A stretch of DNA of 64,000 bases from an uncultured Acidobacteriota bacterium (GTDB taxonomy: Bacteria > Acidobacteriota > Blastocatellia > RBC074). Shown here in pieces: positions 8,377 through 19,034 of the stretch (position 1 is the stretch's first letter; each line of letters opens with the position of its first letter). The DNA lies in assembly GCA_963699175.1 (NCBI GenBank), contig OY969418.1, positions 7,325,352-7,389,351 on the forward strand, read 5' to 3'. Made by a program: the position numbers and the translations under genes. A model generated the notes under the pieces. It ran no database searches. It saw only the letters and a program-made list of their open reading frames with translations, and had not been told where the DNA came from.

Positions 8377-10161
8377 CTAGGGAGTCTTTGCATCTAGCGC
8401 AACACGGAAACCAATATCGGAGTCACCTTTGTTGGATGGGAACCCAATACGAGTGGCGGAGCGGCAGTGGATAGATTTGGCACTCCACGCACCGCCACGC
8501 AGCACTATGTAGAGCACTAAGCTATTTGACTCTCCGCCGCTCGGCCAAGTTGAGCCATCGGTTGGCGCACCTTTATAGTTCTCATGCCAACCATCCTGGC
8601 ACCATTCCCACACATTGCCGTGCAGATCGTAAAGTCTGAAGCGATTCGGCAGTTTCTTTCCGACCGGATGCGTATTTTTTTCAGCGTTGTCAGCGAACCA
8701 AGCTATTGCATTAAGGTCGTCTGCATAATCGCCCGCACGGCAGGCATACTCCCATTCGGCCTCGCTGGGCAGACGATACGCCTTGCCGGTGTGCTGGCTG
8801 AGTCGCCTGCAAAACCTCGTGGCGTCCTCCCATGAGACCTGTTCGACCGGGCGATTGAGATCGCCTTTGAATTGGGACGGATTGTTGTCCATCACCGCTT
8901 GCCATAGCGCTTGCGTCACTTCGTGTTGGCCAATGTAAAAGTCAGAGAGAGTGACGGGGTGCTGGGGGTATTCGGCAATGTTGCCCTGTCCGTCGGGCGA
9001 ACCCATCTTGAACAAACCACCCGTCACACGGATCATTGTCAGATTGGCGCCATTGATCGGTTCGGTGAACTCCGGTCCGGTCGCGGGTCGCAGTTGCCCT
9101 TTTTCAGGCAACTCTCGTTCTTTAACCGGCTTTTGCCACAACCAATAGCCAATTCCCATCACCGCTTGTAACCCGACGAACACTAACGCCAGCAGCCACG
9201 ACCAGCGCGGTGCAGGACTGACGGCCTGTGCATTCATCGCAATCAGGCGCTTGTGGTACGGGGCAGCAGTATCAACAATGGGTGTGGATATTTCAGTCAT
9301 TGGTGTCAGGCAGAACGTCTGCGGCGAGGATTGCAGCTTGGTCACTGGCGGCGGCGCAATGTCAAGCTTAGGATACGTCAATGCAGCGCGTAACTCAGCA
9401 GCAGTGCGATAGCGCACCACTGCGTCCTTCTGCAACGATCTGGCGACGATCTCCTGCAACCATACAGGTACAGTGATTGGCAGAGGCTCCTGCTCTTCGT
9501 CGCGGATCGCGCCCATCAATTCGACCAGATCATGGCCTAAGAAGGGCAATTGTCCGCTCAGCAATTGGTACAATAGCACACCGACCGACCACAGATCAGT
9601 TTGTTCGTTCCGCTTACGCTGAAACGCTTCGGGAGCCATATAGACCGGTGTCCCAGCCATCACCACGCTATAACTATTAGATCTGAGCATCCGCGAAATG
9701 CCGAAATCGGCAATGCGTGGCGTCTCGCCCTGCAACAGGATGTTGGCCGGTTTCAGATCGCGGTGGATGATCTTGCGCGTGTGCAGGTATTCCAGCCCAG
9801 CCAGAATGCCGCGCGCCATCTCTACCGCGGCCTCGACCGAAGGCGCGCGTCCGCCGTGCCGTTTCAGCCACTCTTCCAGCGAACCATCGGGTGCGTACTC
9901 GCTGGCGATCACGACGTGCTCCCCGTACACACTGGCTTCAATAATCGGCAGCACGTTGGTGTGGCCGCTCGCGGCAATCCAGATGTCTGCTTCCTGCCGG
10001 ATGGCATCAAGGTCCAGGTCGTCGTCGAGCGGAATCTTTAGTGCGACCTCGCGGGCGGCCAGTGCCGTAATGTTCTGTGCCAACCAGACCTCGCCGAACG
10101 CGCCTTTGCCGAGTTTGCGGATGAGTTGATATGGGCCAATGCGGTCGTTGGCTTTAGGCAT
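8377..10161 (-). CDS. Ser/Thr protein kinase - TM - formylglycine-generating-enzyme (FGE/SUMF1) domain fusion
   Basis: N-terminal kinase: GKGAFGEV, HRDLKPANIL, DFG. One hydrophobic TM segment (WSWLLALVFVGLQAVMGIGYWLW). C-terminal FGE-sulfatase domain: YRLPSEAEWEYACRAG, NVWEWCQDGW, LRGGAWS. Confidence 0.85.
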   Translation of the reverse strand: MPKANDRIGPYQLIRKLGKGAFGEVWLAQNITALAAREVALKIPLDDDLDLDAIRQEADIWIAASGHTNVLPIIEASVYGEHVVIASEYAPDGSLEEWLKRHGGRAPSVEAAVEMARGILAGLEYLHTRKIIHRDLKPANILLQGETPRIADFGISRMLRSNSYSVVMAGTPVYMAPEAFQRKRNEQTDLWSVGVLLYQLLSGQLPFLGHDLVELMGAIRDEEQEPLPITVPVWLQEIVARSLQKDAVVRYRTAAELRAALTYPKLDIAPPPVTKLQSSPQTFCLTPMTEISTPIVDTAAPYHKRLIAMNAQAVSPAPRWSWLLALVFVGLQAVMGIGYWLWQKPVKERELPEKGQLRPATGPEFTEPINGANLTMIRVTGGLFKMGSPDGQGNIAEYPQHPVTLSDFYIGQHEVTQALWQAVMDNNPSQFKGDLNRPVEQVSWEDATRFCRRLSQHTGKAYRLPSEAEWEYACRAGDYADDLNAIAWFADNAEKNTHPVGKKLPNRFRLYDLHGNVWEWCQDGWHENYKGAPTDGSTWPSGGESNSLVLYIVLRGGAWSAKSIHCRSATRIGFPSNKGDSDIGFRVALDAKTP

Positions 10162-10220
10162 GGGGGAATCTCGCTTTTGCTTATCAGGGCACCAGCCTGA
10201 AATAGAAACGGGACAGTCTG

Positions 10221-10463
10221 TTATTGTGCTCGCAGAATGCTTCGGGCGCGTATCTTCGCCAGTCTCATCAAATGTTCCAGCAGGAGATAATCTTTTAGCT
10301 CCGCTGCTTCCTCGCTGGTTATCCCGACTGTCTTTTCACGCTTGATCAAATCGGCAACTCTTGCTTTTGTTTCCAGTGAGGCCTGGAAGACAGCTACCCT
10401 TTCGGTGGTCGTATCCGCTGCGATGAAATCAATGATCTCTTCGTAGGCTTTGCGTGTTTCCAT
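10221..10463 (-). CDS. hypothetical small protein (80 aa), co-transcribed downstream of uvrB
   Basis: ORF track. 19-nt gap after the uvrB stop. No motif recognised. Confidence 0.4.
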   Translation of the reverse strand: METRKAYEEIIDFIAADTTTERVAVFQASLETKARVADLIKREKTVGITSEEAAELKDYLLLEHLMRLAKIRARSILRAQ

Positions 10464-10481
10464 CGGCCTTACCTCAGACAG

Positions 10482-12470
10482 CTATGCTACCTCAAGCTCC
10501 CTCTCCCGCAAATACTTGATCTTATCCCTTAACTCCGCCGCCTTTTCAAACTCAAACCGCTGCGCCGCCGCGCGCATCTCGTATTCAAGCTGCACCATCG
10601 TCTCCTTCAATTTCGCCGGGCTGTAATCGTCATAGGCATCTAAATTCAAAGGCACTTTGAAGTAATCAGCTTCGTAGGCCGTGACCAGTGTGGCTTCGAT
10701 AGGTTTGATGATGGATTGCGGGGTGATGCCGTGCGCTTGGTTGTAGCCGATTTGTTTGGTGCGGCGGCGTTCTGTTTCGTCAAGCGCGCGGCGCATGGAA
10801 TCAGTCATCTTGTCAGCGTAAAGAATCGCTTTGCCGTTGGCGTTGCGCGCAGCGCGTCCGATGGTCTGGATGAGCGAGGAGGTGCTGCGCAGGAAGCCTT
10901 CTTTGTCGGCGTCGAGGATGGCGACGAGGGAGACTTCGGGCAAGTCCAAACCTTCGCGCAACAGGTTGATGCCGACCAGCACGTCGAATTCGCCTTTGCG
11001 CAGGTCGCGCAGGATTTTGATGCGTTCGAGCGTTTCGATCTCGCTGTGCATATAGCGGACTTTGATGCCGAGGTCGCCGTAATAATCGGCCAGGTCTTCG
11101 GACATCTTCTTGGTCAGCGTAGTGACCAGCACGCGCTCTTTGCGTTCGGCACGCACGCGAACTTCTTCGAGCAGGTCGTCAATCTGGCCGCGCACGGGGC
11201 GCACGTCTACTTCGGGATCAATCAAGCCGGTGGGGCGGATGATCTGTTCGATGAACTCGCCCTGCGTCTGTTGCAATTCGTAAGGGCCGGGCGTGGCCGA
11301 GACGTAGATGCGTTGAGTGGCGCGCTGATCCCACTCTTCAAACTTCAACGGGCGATTGTCCAGCGCCGAGGGCAAACGAAAGCCGAAGTCCACAAGCGTC
11401 TGTTTGCGCGAGCGGTCGCCGTTGTACATGCCGCGAATTTGCGGGATGGATTGGTGGCTCTCGTCAATCACGATGATGGTGTCGGAGGGCAGATAATCGT
11501 AGAGCGTTGGCGGCGGTTCGCCAGGATTGCGGCCTGTGAGATGGCGCGAATAGTTTTCAACGCCGTGGCAGAAGCCCATCTCGTTGAACATTTCGAGGTC
11601 GTACATCACACGCTGGTGCAGGCGTTGAGCTTCGATCAGCTTGTTCTGTTCGATCAGTTGCGGCTCCCACCATTCGAGTTCTTCCTTGATCGTTTTGACA
11701 GCGCGTTTGACCGTCGGGCGCGTGGTGACGTAGTGCGTTCGGGGATAGATCGGCACGCGGCTGGGAAGTTTCTGGATAACTTCACCAAGCAGCGGGTCAA
11801 TCAGCGAGATCGAATCAAGCTCGTCACCCCAGAGTTCGAGACGGATGGCGCGGTCTTGATAGCTTGGATAGATTTCGATCACGTCGCCGCGCACGCGGAA
11901 AGTGCCGCGCCCAAACTCGATGTCGTTACGTTCGTATAACAACTCGACCAGCTTCTTGACGATCTCGTCGCGCTTGATGTGCATGCCTGGCTCGACGAAC
12001 AAGGTCATGCCGAAGTAGGCGTTGGGGTCGCCGATGCCGTAGATGGCCGAGACTGAGGCGACGATGATCACGTCGCGGCGTTCAAACAAAGAGCGCGTAG
12101 CAGACAAACGCAGCCGGTCAATCTCTTCATTCACCGTAGCTTCTTTTTCGATGTAGGTGTCGGACGCGGGCACGTAGGCTTCGGGCTGATAGTAGTCGTA
12201 GTAGCTGACAAAATACTCGACGGCGTTTTCGGGGAAGAAGCTTTTGAATTCTTGGTAGAGCTGCGCGGCCAACGTCTTGTTGTGTGCCATCACGAGCGTG
12301 GGGCGTTGGACGCGGGCGATAACTTGGGCGACGGTGAAGGTCTTGCCGCTGCCCGTGATGCCGAGCAGGACTTGATGTTTCTCGCCGTTGTTCAAGCCGT
12401 TGACGAGCTGTTCGATGGCGGCGGGTTGATCGCCCTGTGGTTGGTAGTCGGAGACGAGTTTGAAGTTCAT
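10482..12470 (-). CDS. uvrB: excinuclease ABC subunit B
   Basis: 662 aa. Walker A GITGSGKT, helicase motifs, C-terminal UvrB/UvrC interaction helix. Confidence 0.97.
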   Translation of the reverse strand: MNFKLVSDYQPQGDQPAAIEQLVNGLNNGEKHQVLLGITGSGKTFTVAQVIARVQRPTLVMAHNKTLAAQLYQEFKSFFPENAVEYFVSYYDYYQPEAYVPASDTYIEKEATVNEEIDRLRLSATRSLFERRDVIIVASVSAIYGIGDPNAYFGMTLFVEPGMHIKRDEIVKKLVELLYERNDIEFGRGTFRVRGDVIEIYPSYQDRAIRLELWGDELDSISLIDPLLGEVIQKLPSRVPIYPRTHYVTTRPTVKRAVKTIKEELEWWEPQLIEQNKLIEAQRLHQRVMYDLEMFNEMGFCHGVENYSRHLTGRNPGEPPPTLYDYLPSDTIIVIDESHQSIPQIRGMYNGDRSRKQTLVDFGFRLPSALDNRPLKFEEWDQRATQRIYVSATPGPYELQQTQGEFIEQIIRPTGLIDPEVDVRPVRGQIDDLLEEVRVRAERKERVLVTTLTKKMSEDLADYYGDLGIKVRYMHSEIETLERIKILRDLRKGEFDVLVGINLLREGLDLPEVSLVAILDADKEGFLRSTSSLIQTIGRAARNANGKAILYADKMTDSMRRALDETERRRTKQIGYNQAHGITPQSIIKPIEATLVTAYEADYFKVPLNLDAYDDYSPAKLKETMVQLEYEMRAAAQRFEFEKAAELRDKIKYLRERELEVA

Positions 12471-12685
12471 AGTAAGACTCTACGGTTGAAACTTTCGTTG
12501 AGTTGCAAGGGAGCGATTATAGAGAGCGACAGAGAGGTGGGCAAAAGGCGCGAGGATGTAGAAGTGCGGTACGGGGAGCGGTAGCGACCCGGTTCCCCGC
12601 ATTGGAAATAGCTGGAGTAACCAGGTCGCCACCGCTCCCTGTACCGCACCGGCGGCGTTTTTCGTATACACAATTGCAAGCTGAC

Positions 12686-13414
12686 TTAGCCGCGCAAATC
12701 TACGATCCACGCGCTCGACAAACGCTCTTCAAGCGCAACTCGCGAGAGATTGAGCCAACCGCGTACGTTGTCGAGGATCTGGGAATCAGAGGTCACGGCC
12801 AGCTTGTCTGAAGCGCGTAATTCTTTGTCGGGATTCATCACGACTTCGACTTGCCAGGGCCAGTGATGAGCGAGGGCCATTTCACGCAGGCGTTGCGCCA
12901 ATCGCCCGCTGTTCGAGACTGGTTGATCGAAGAGCCAAGTCGCGGCGGCAGGTTGCGCGGCTAAGAGTGTTTCGCTGAGCAGTTGGATGGCCTGTTCCGT
13001 TTCAACAACCGTGCGGTAGGAGCCGTGGACGCTCGACATATCTCGCAGACAGCCGTCGCGGCAATTGAGCAATACGCCGTCCGAGAGCGCGGCTTCCAGC
13101 GTAACGATGAGATTGAATCCGTCGAGCAGCAATTGCTGTCCTGCTATTGCAGCCAGTGGCAGGCAACTTTGTTGACGGCGCTCACGTTGCTGATCAGAAC
13201 AAGCAGCGCGGGCGACGGCCAGTCGCTGGCGCTCTTTGAGTTTGTGATGATCGCCCACCAATTTTAACGACGCCGTGGGCGCGTACCCTTTGGTGAGCAG
13301 CCACGACAGATCAGCGACGGCTTGTCGCAATGCGGCGTGTTGCGTAGCCGCGAATAGCTTTTGATCTGCTGGGTGTGCGCCGCGATGGCGAAGCTGGCCC
13401 TCGCTCATGTTCAC
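12686..13414 (-). CDS. hypothetical protein, possibly DUF434/NYN-like nuclease fold
   Basis: 242 aa. LLLDGFNLI resembles the NYN-domain core. Confidence 0.35.
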   Translation of the reverse strand: MNMSEGQLRHRGAHPADQKLFAATQHAALRQAVADLSWLLTKGYAPTASLKLVGDHHKLKERQRLAVARAACSDQQRERRQQSCLPLAAIAGQQLLLDGFNLIVTLEAALSDGVLLNCRDGCLRDMSSVHGSYRTVVETEQAIQLLSETLLAAQPAAATWLFDQPVSNSGRLAQRLREMALAHHWPWQVEVVMNPDKELRASDKLAVTSDSQILDNVRGWLNLSRVALEERLSSAWIVDLRG

Positions 13415-13435
13415 CAGTTTCTTGCAGAGCCCGCC

Positions 13436-15643
13436 TTACTTCAACTCTAGCAGCCAAACATTGCCGAATGTTTCTCCATACTCGTACACGATCTGATTAC
13501 CACTAGGCGACCAGGCTGGGTAACGCACGTAGCTGTTCGGCGTGGTGTAATGGGTAAGCTGCTTTTGCGCTTTGCTGCGGCGCGCTACCCACCAGATATT
13601 CCAAAGGCCGTCGCGCAGCCCGGCAAAAACGATCTTGTCACCGTCAGGCGACCAACTGCCCGGCCAGCTTTGACCGCGGTCGAAAGTCAATTGTTCGAGC
13701 GCGCCGCCGTCACGCGGAATGACGGCGATGTGGCAATCTTCGCCGCGTTTCATTTCGACAGCCAACATTCGGCTGTCGGGTGCCCAACAGGCAAAGCCCA
13801 ACAGTTCCCGATCAAAGGTCAATTGTTTGGGCGGCCCGCCAGCGAGCGCGATTGTCCAGACGTTGAGTGCGCCGCTGGCGCGGGAGTTGAATGCGACACT
13901 TTGGCCATCGGGTGAGAGCCGTCCCATCCGCACTTCGGTGTTGTAAGCGCCCAGCGTAGTCTGCTGTCCACTCGACACGTCTACCTTGAGCAGCCGCGTG
14001 CCAGCGTTGTTCCTGGAAACAAGCAATGCTTGTTGGCTTTGTGGCAACCAGCCCAGCAACGCCGCCGGTTCTGCGGTCAACTGGCGCGGTTGGTTGCCCT
14101 GTGCGTCTATCAACCAGACTTCGCCATCGGCTCCCATGCGCCAGACGTTGAAGGCGATGGATTTTCCATCGGGCGAAAAGACGTGATTGTTTTTGCGGTA
14201 GCTGGTGTCCTGCGTCAGCAGCTTCGGTTCGCCCTGCGCAGTTGAAGACACCGGGTCGAGCGATACTGAGCCGATATTGTCGGTGAGGGTCAGCGAACTA
14301 TACGCGAGCTGTTTCCCATTCGCCGCGATGGTCAAATGGCGCGCTAAGGCCGGGCCAGTATTGGCGATTTCGCTGGGTTTTCCCACGGCTGAGCCTGTGT
14401 TGGCATCCAGGCGCAAACGCCACAACCGGAAATTGCCGGAAGCCATGCTGAAAAATAGATATTGTCCGTCGGGCGAATGGACCGGATCGTAGATGATGCC
14501 TGCACTTTTCCACACACAGCGCAGGTCTTGACCTTGCGGCGTAACCGACCAGATTTCTGATAATCCGAGGTCGTAAGTGACAAACACTATGCGGCGACCA
14601 TTGGGCGCCCAGGTAGGCGCGCCGTGCCCACCGGGAGGAGTGCCGATCGTGGTGATTTGTTTTGGCGCGCCACCGCGTGCGGAAACGATCCACAGAGTCG
14701 AAGGCGGCATCGCAGCAAACGCCGCTTGATTGATGTCAGAGGGCGTGTCGGATTGAAAAGCAATCCATTCACCGTCGGGTGACCAGACGGGGTGCGCGCC
14801 GAATTCGGTCAATTGACGGGTGACGCCGCCCAGCGCCGGGATGAGCCAGATACCGCGCCGGTTGCGCGAGTGGTAAGCGATCAACTTGCCATCGGGCGAC
14901 CACTTGGGTTGCAGATTCTGCGCTCCGTCCGCGGTGAGCTGAAGCTCTTTGCTGCCGGGCGCGAGTGGGCGCGCAAACAATTCGAAATTTCCCTGGCGCA
15001 GCGAACTATAGACAATCACACTGCCATCGGGAGAAAAGGCGGGGAAGAGGTCAAGCCCAGGTGTAGTGGTGAGCTGCGTAGTTCGCAGCACGCCTGCTTG
15101 CTCGGCAGCGCGGGGCTGTTTCCACAGCAGAAAGATAACCAGCAAGAGCAAGAGTCCAATGCTGAGTGGTTGTAAATAACGAGACACGCTCCAATGCCGA
15201 GGCGCAGCAAGTGGGAATATTGCGCTGCGCTGATGAGTGGACACAGTGGATTCAACCCAGGATGACCCATTCAAATTCTTTTGACCCGCATCCACCATTT
15301 GCACCTCGGCAATAAACCGGTACCCACGCGTCGGCACAGTTTCAATGTAGCGGGCCTCTTTGGGATCATCGCCAAGCAGCTTGCGCAGATGCGCAACCAC
15401 GCGGGTCAGCGCATTCGGCGTGACAAAGGTCTCGCCCCAAACCGCCTCCAGCAATTCATTCTTTTCTACCATCCGCTCTCGATGCCGGAGCAGAAAGACC
15501 AGCACCTCGAAGGCCTTCGGTTCGAGCGGCAGCGGCTGGCCCGCCTTCCAGACTTTGAAGGTTTGCGGCTCAACCAGCACATCATCGAATTGATAATAAA
15601 AGGGTTTTTCGTCCATCACCGAAACATCAGCAAAACGTGCCAA
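13436..15643 (-). CDS. CadC/OmpR-like winged-helix DNA-binding domain - TM - TolB-like (PD40) beta-propeller protein
   Basis: N-terminal wHTH (EPKAFEVLVFLLRHRERMVEKNELLEAVWGETFVTPNALTRVVAHLRKLL...GYRF). One TM (LLLLLVIFLLW). Multiple PD40/TolB repeats (SPDG...AF). Alternative start at Met10 (15616). Confidence 0.8.
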   Translation of the reverse strand: MARFADVSVMDEKPFYYQFDDVLVEPQTFKVWKAGQPLPLEPKAFEVLVFLLRHRERMVEKNELLEAVWGETFVTPNALTRVVAHLRKLLGDDPKEARYIETVPTRGYRFIAEVQMVDAGQKNLNGSSWVESTVSTHQRSAIFPLAAPRHWSVSRYLQPLSIGLLLLLVIFLLWKQPRAAEQAGVLRTTQLTTTPGLDLFPAFSPDGSVIVYSSLRQGNFELFARPLAPGSKELQLTADGAQNLQPKWSPDGKLIAYHSRNRRGIWLIPALGGVTRQLTEFGAHPVWSPDGEWIAFQSDTPSDINQAAFAAMPPSTLWIVSARGGAPKQITTIGTPPGGHGAPTWAPNGRRIVFVTYDLGLSEIWSVTPQGQDLRCVWKSAGIIYDPVHSPDGQYLFFSMASGNFRLWRLRLDANTGSAVGKPSEIANTGPALARHLTIAANGKQLAYSSLTLTDNIGSVSLDPVSSTAQGEPKLLTQDTSYRKNNHVFSPDGKSIAFNVWRMGADGEVWLIDAQGNQPRQLTAEPAALLGWLPQSQQALLVSRNNAGTRLLKVDVSSGQQTTLGAYNTEVRMGRLSPDGQSVAFNSRASGALNVWTIALAGGPPKQLTFDRELLGFACWAPDSRMLAVEMKRGEDCHIAVIPRDGGALEQLTFDRGQSWPGSWSPDGDKIVFAGLRDGLWNIWWVARRSKAQKQLTHYTTPNSYVRYPAWSPSGNQIVYEYGETFGNVWLLELK

Positions 15644-15723
15644 AACATCAGCGTCTCGTCACGACCTCATAGTACCACCAAAGGCAGAATCCTCGCGGCA
15701 ATTACGCCGGAGGATGATTCCCA

Positions 15724-16617
15724 ATGCATTCAATACAAGCGAGCAAGCTTTCCAAATTTGTGGTCTGCGCAACGCTCTGCTTCCTGTGCGGAAGCCTGCG
15801 AACAATGGCGGCTTCGACGGTGAACTTTAAGCTGCTGCGCGGCTATTTGATTGTCATTCCAGTTATGGTCAACGGCGCAGGGCCTTATGAATTTCTGGTG
15901 GACACAGGCACCAATACGACATTGCTCGGCTCGGAGTTCGCCCGGCAATTGCGGCTGCGCCCGCTAGATCGTATCGAACTAGTCACAGTCGCCGGTTCGC
16001 AGCTTCTGGTACGGTCACAGGTAGCGAGCCTGACCGTAGGCGCGCAAACCGTGACTCCACTGGAAGTGCTCTGGAGCGAATTGCGCGAATTGCGCGCCAT
16101 CGAGCCGAAGATTTGCGGTGTACTGGGCCAGAACTTTCTCGCGCAATTCAACTACCTGATTGATTACCGCAAACAGCGGCTGGAATTTGAAGACGTGGAT
16201 GAATTGGAAACGCGCCTGTGCGGCGAACCACTAACGCTTGAATGGCATGAGGGCCAAGCACTCCTCTCTGTCCCGGGGAAGAAAAAGCATTGGCGCTTTG
16301 TACCGGATACGGGCGTGGCGGGGTTGTTGCTGTTTACACCTTCGGGCAGTGGCTTTGAATTCGATTGGGAACCGGGCGCGCCGGAAACCGGGCAGGCGCG
16401 CACTGATCTCGGTAGTCGCTTGGTACAACAGCGCCGCTTGCGCAGCTTCCCACTCAGCCGCACTACTCTTTACGATTTACCCGTGATGTTAATGAAGACA
16501 GCGCCAGGTGGCGCGGAGCGGAGCGAAGATGGGCTGTTGCCTACGAGCCTGTTTGAGCGCATCTATTTCAATCATCGGAAGAGCTATCTGATTTTGAATC
16601 CGAAAAATGTCGGCTGA
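15724..16617 (+). CDS. secreted retropepsin-like aspartic peptidase
   Basis: Signal peptide. LVDTGTNTTLL (DTG active-site motif of clan AA). Confidence 0.65.
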   Translation: MHSIQASKLSKFVVCATLCFLCGSLRTMAASTVNFKLLRGYLIVIPVMVNGAGPYEFLVDTGTNTTLLGSEFARQLRLRPLDRIELVTVAGSQLLVRSQVASLTVGAQTVTPLEVLWSELRELRAIEPKICGVLGQNFLAQFNYLIDYRKQRLEFEDVDELETRLCGEPLTLEWHEGQALLSVPGKKKHWRFVPDTGVAGLLLFTPSGSGFEFDWEPGAPETGQARTDLGSRLVQQRRLRSFPLSRTTLYDLPVMLMKTAPGGAERSEDGLLPTSLFERIYFNHRKSYLILNPKNVG

Positions 16618-16849
16618 GTTCAAGGGGGTTTGGGAGCGTGCGCGTCAGTCGTCTAGCCAAATGCAGCATTATTATTTATTGCCAGCAATGCTGAGAGAAT
16701 GGCGGTTTGAGCTTGGCGAAACGGACAAAGCCGCTGATAATCTGCGGCGCGCGTTACAGTGTCAGTGTTCCGAGCCGGAACGCGGAGTTCTCGCAGCGGA
16801 AGCTCTCAGTAGTCACCGAACAGCAGTACCCCAAAATTCGGAGGACAAC

Positions 16850-17272
16850 ATGACAAACATCAACGTGGGACGTGTCCTGCTAGGTGGTTTGGTAGCAGGC
16901 GTAGTGTTGAATATCGGCGAAGCTATTTTGAATGGCGTGCTGTTGGCCGAGGCTGCGAAAGCTGACCTTGACCGGCTCCATCTGCCCGATCCAGGTGGCA
17001 CCTTCATCGTGCGCGCCGTCACGATCACTTTTTTGTTGGGTATCGTGCTCGTTTATCTGTACGCCGCGATCAGACCGCGCTTCGGCCCCGGTGTGAAGAC
17101 GGCGATTTGCGCAGGCTTGATCGCTTGGTTCTTCGTTTATCTGTACGCCGGATACATCCAGGAAGCACTGGGACTGGTTTCGTCAAAGCCGTTTATGATC
17201 GGGCTGATCTGGGGTCTCATCGAATACCCTATCGGCGCGATAGTCGGCGCGTGGGTGTACAAGGAAGCCTAG
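16850..17272 (+). CDS. small integral membrane protein (about 140 aa, 4 predicted TM)
   Basis: Internal ATG at 16850 with SD GGAGGACAAC. The upstream part of the ORF-track ORF overlaps the protease gene and looks non-coding. Confidence 0.45.
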   Translation: MTNINVGRVLLGGLVAGVVLNIGEAILNGVLLAEAAKADLDRLHLPDPGGTFIVRAVTITFLLGIVLVYLYAAIRPRFGPGVKTAICAGLIAWFFVYLYAGYIQEALGLVSSKPFMIGLIWGLIEYPIGAIVGAWVYKEA

Positions 17273-17413
17273 ATGTGTTGCGTGATTAACTGAGAGGATG
17301 CGGCAATCTCAAATTTCAAATTTGAGATTGCCGCGCCTTCCTCCTACTTTCGCAGACTGGCGCGTGATTCGAATATCGAACTGACAACTGCAAAATCTTA
17401 AAGAGGGAAGATA

Positions 17414-18169
17414 ATGAAAACCTTTTCGTTGTTTATCGCATTACTTATTTTTTGTGGCATGACAGGCCCTGCCGTCGCGCAAACTGGTGACCTGCAAGTC
17501 AAGACGCCCAAACAGCCGCCACAATTCGATCTCGACACCTATCAGTTTGCTATGCTGAAGAGAGGGCCGAAGTGGACGCCGGAGAGCACACCTGAAACAC
17601 AGCAGATTCAAGCCGGGCACATGGCCAACATCCAAAAGATGGCGCGGTTGGGCAAGCTGATGGCTGCCGGGCCGATGGAGGGCCATGGCGATTTGCGTGG
17701 GCTGTTTATTTTCAAGGCTGCTTCAATCGAAGAAGCGAAGGCGTTGGCAGCAGAAGACCCGGCGATCAAGGCGGGCCGCTTGACGATTGAGTTTCTGACG
17801 TGGATGGCTCCGAGAGGCATCGGCACGAAGTTGCAAGCGGATTATCAAAAAGACCCGAACACCAAAAACACCATGACCAAATACTATCTGGCGCTGCTCG
17901 GCAAGGGAGAGAAAAATGCTGCCGGGGCGCAGGAGAGCCAGCAATTGATGCTTGAACATTTGTGGAACATACGCAGGCAGCTCGATGCGAAAACCTTTGT
18001 GACCGCCGGGCCGTTTGTCAGTAACGGCGACCTGCGCGGCCTCTTCGTGATCGCCGCCACTTCGCTCGAAGAGGCCAACGCGATTGCCGGGGCCGACCCA
18101 CTGGTCAAAGCGGGCCAGCTTACGGTTGCCTTGCATCAGTGGTGGGTGGCGAAAGAGATCTGGCCGTAA
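17414..18169 (+). CDS. secreted protein with two tandem YciI-like (Dabb-fold) domains
   Basis: Signal peptide ending AVAQ. Two internally repeated segments (GDLRGLFIFKAASIEEAKALAAEDPAIKAGRL and GDLRGLFVIAATSLEEANAIAGADPLVKAGQL). Confidence 0.7.
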   Translation: MKTFSLFIALLIFCGMTGPAVAQTGDLQVKTPKQPPQFDLDTYQFAMLKRGPKWTPESTPETQQIQAGHMANIQKMARLGKLMAAGPMEGHGDLRGLFIFKAASIEEAKALAAEDPAIKAGRLTIEFLTWMAPRGIGTKLQADYQKDPNTKNTMTKYYLALLGKGEKNAAGAQESQQLMLEHLWNIRRQLDAKTFVTAGPFVSNGDLRGLFVIAATSLEEANAIAGADPLVKAGQLTVALHQWWVAKEIWP

Positions 18170-18198
18170 ACTTTTCGCCAGACGTATTGCAAAAAGAC

Positions 18199-18235
18199 GA
18201 GGAAGCTGGAACACTCCGGCTTCCTCATTTTTTTG
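18199..18235 (+). terminator. rho-independent terminator
   Basis: GAGGAAGCTGG-aacact-CCGGCTTCCTC followed by T7. Lies just after the YciI-like gene. Confidence 0.6.
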
Positions 18236-18260
18236 GCTAGCTTCGTTTCCAGGATGAACT

Positions 18261-19031
18261 ATGGCAGCACAATTTGATCTTCGCGGAAAAGTGGCTTTGG
18301 TGACCGGCGCCAGCTCCGGCATTGGCCGTGCGGCAGTGCTGGCGCTGGCGCGCAACGGCGCGGCGGTGGTGATCAACTACTACAACAACGGACGCGGCGC
18401 GGCGGAAGTCGTCAACGAAGTCCAGGCCATGCGGCGCAATGCGTGGTTGGCCAAAGCCGACGTGACCCAGCGCGGACAAGTCAACAGGATGATCGAAGAG
18501 GCGATACAAAACTTCGGGCGGCTCGACGTTCTGGTCAACAACGCGGGCAGCGTGATCAAGCTGGCGCGCACTGAAGAGATCACCGACGAACTATGGCAGG
18601 CCGCGATTGATGTCAACTTGAAAGGCGCTTTTCTGTGCGCACAGGCTGCCCTGCCTTATTTCAAAAAACAGCAGAAGGGCCGCATCATCAACGTCTCAGA
18701 TGCGCTGACCGGCAATGGCAACACGCTGGGCCAGCCTTACGGGTTGCTGCCTTATGAAGTCGCCAAAGCGGGCGTCAATGCGCTGACGCGCAGCTTGGCG
18801 CGCGAACTCGGCCCGTATCAAGTCACCGTCAACGCCGTCGCGCCCGGTTTGATCTTCACGCCTTTTCACGACAAATTCTCACGCCCGGAACGGCTGCAAC
18901 AAATCATCGAATCCACGCCGCTGCGCCGCGCAGGCAATCCCGAAGAGGTCGCTGAGTTGATCGCTTTCCTGGCTTCGGATGACGCCAGCTTTATCACTGG
19001 CGAAATCTTTGGCATTGATGGCGGTAGGTGA
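18261..19031 (+). CDS. SDR-family oxidoreductase
   Basis: [10 protein letters not shown] Rossmann motif. NAG. YxxxK (YEVAKAG). Confidence 0.9.
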   Translation: MAAQFDLRGKVALVTGASSGIGRAAVLALARNGAAVVINYYNNGRGAAEVVNEVQAMRRNAWLAKADVTQRGQVNRMIEEAIQNFGRLDVLVNNAGSVIKLARTEEITDELWQAAIDVNLKGAFLCAQAALPYFKKQQKGRIINVSDALTGNGNTLGQPYGLLPYEVAKAGVNALTRSLARELGPYQVTVNAVAPGLIFTPFHDKFSRPERLQQIIESTPLRRAGNPEEVAELIAFLASDDASFITGEIFGIDGGR

Positions 19032-19034
19032 GAT

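Noticed and set aside
10716-11939. 407-aa plus-strand ORF antisense to uvrB
   Set aside because: Lies entirely inside the well-supported uvrB CDS. Low-complexity Ala/Arg/Gly-rich translation typical of spurious antisense ORFs in high-GC DNA.
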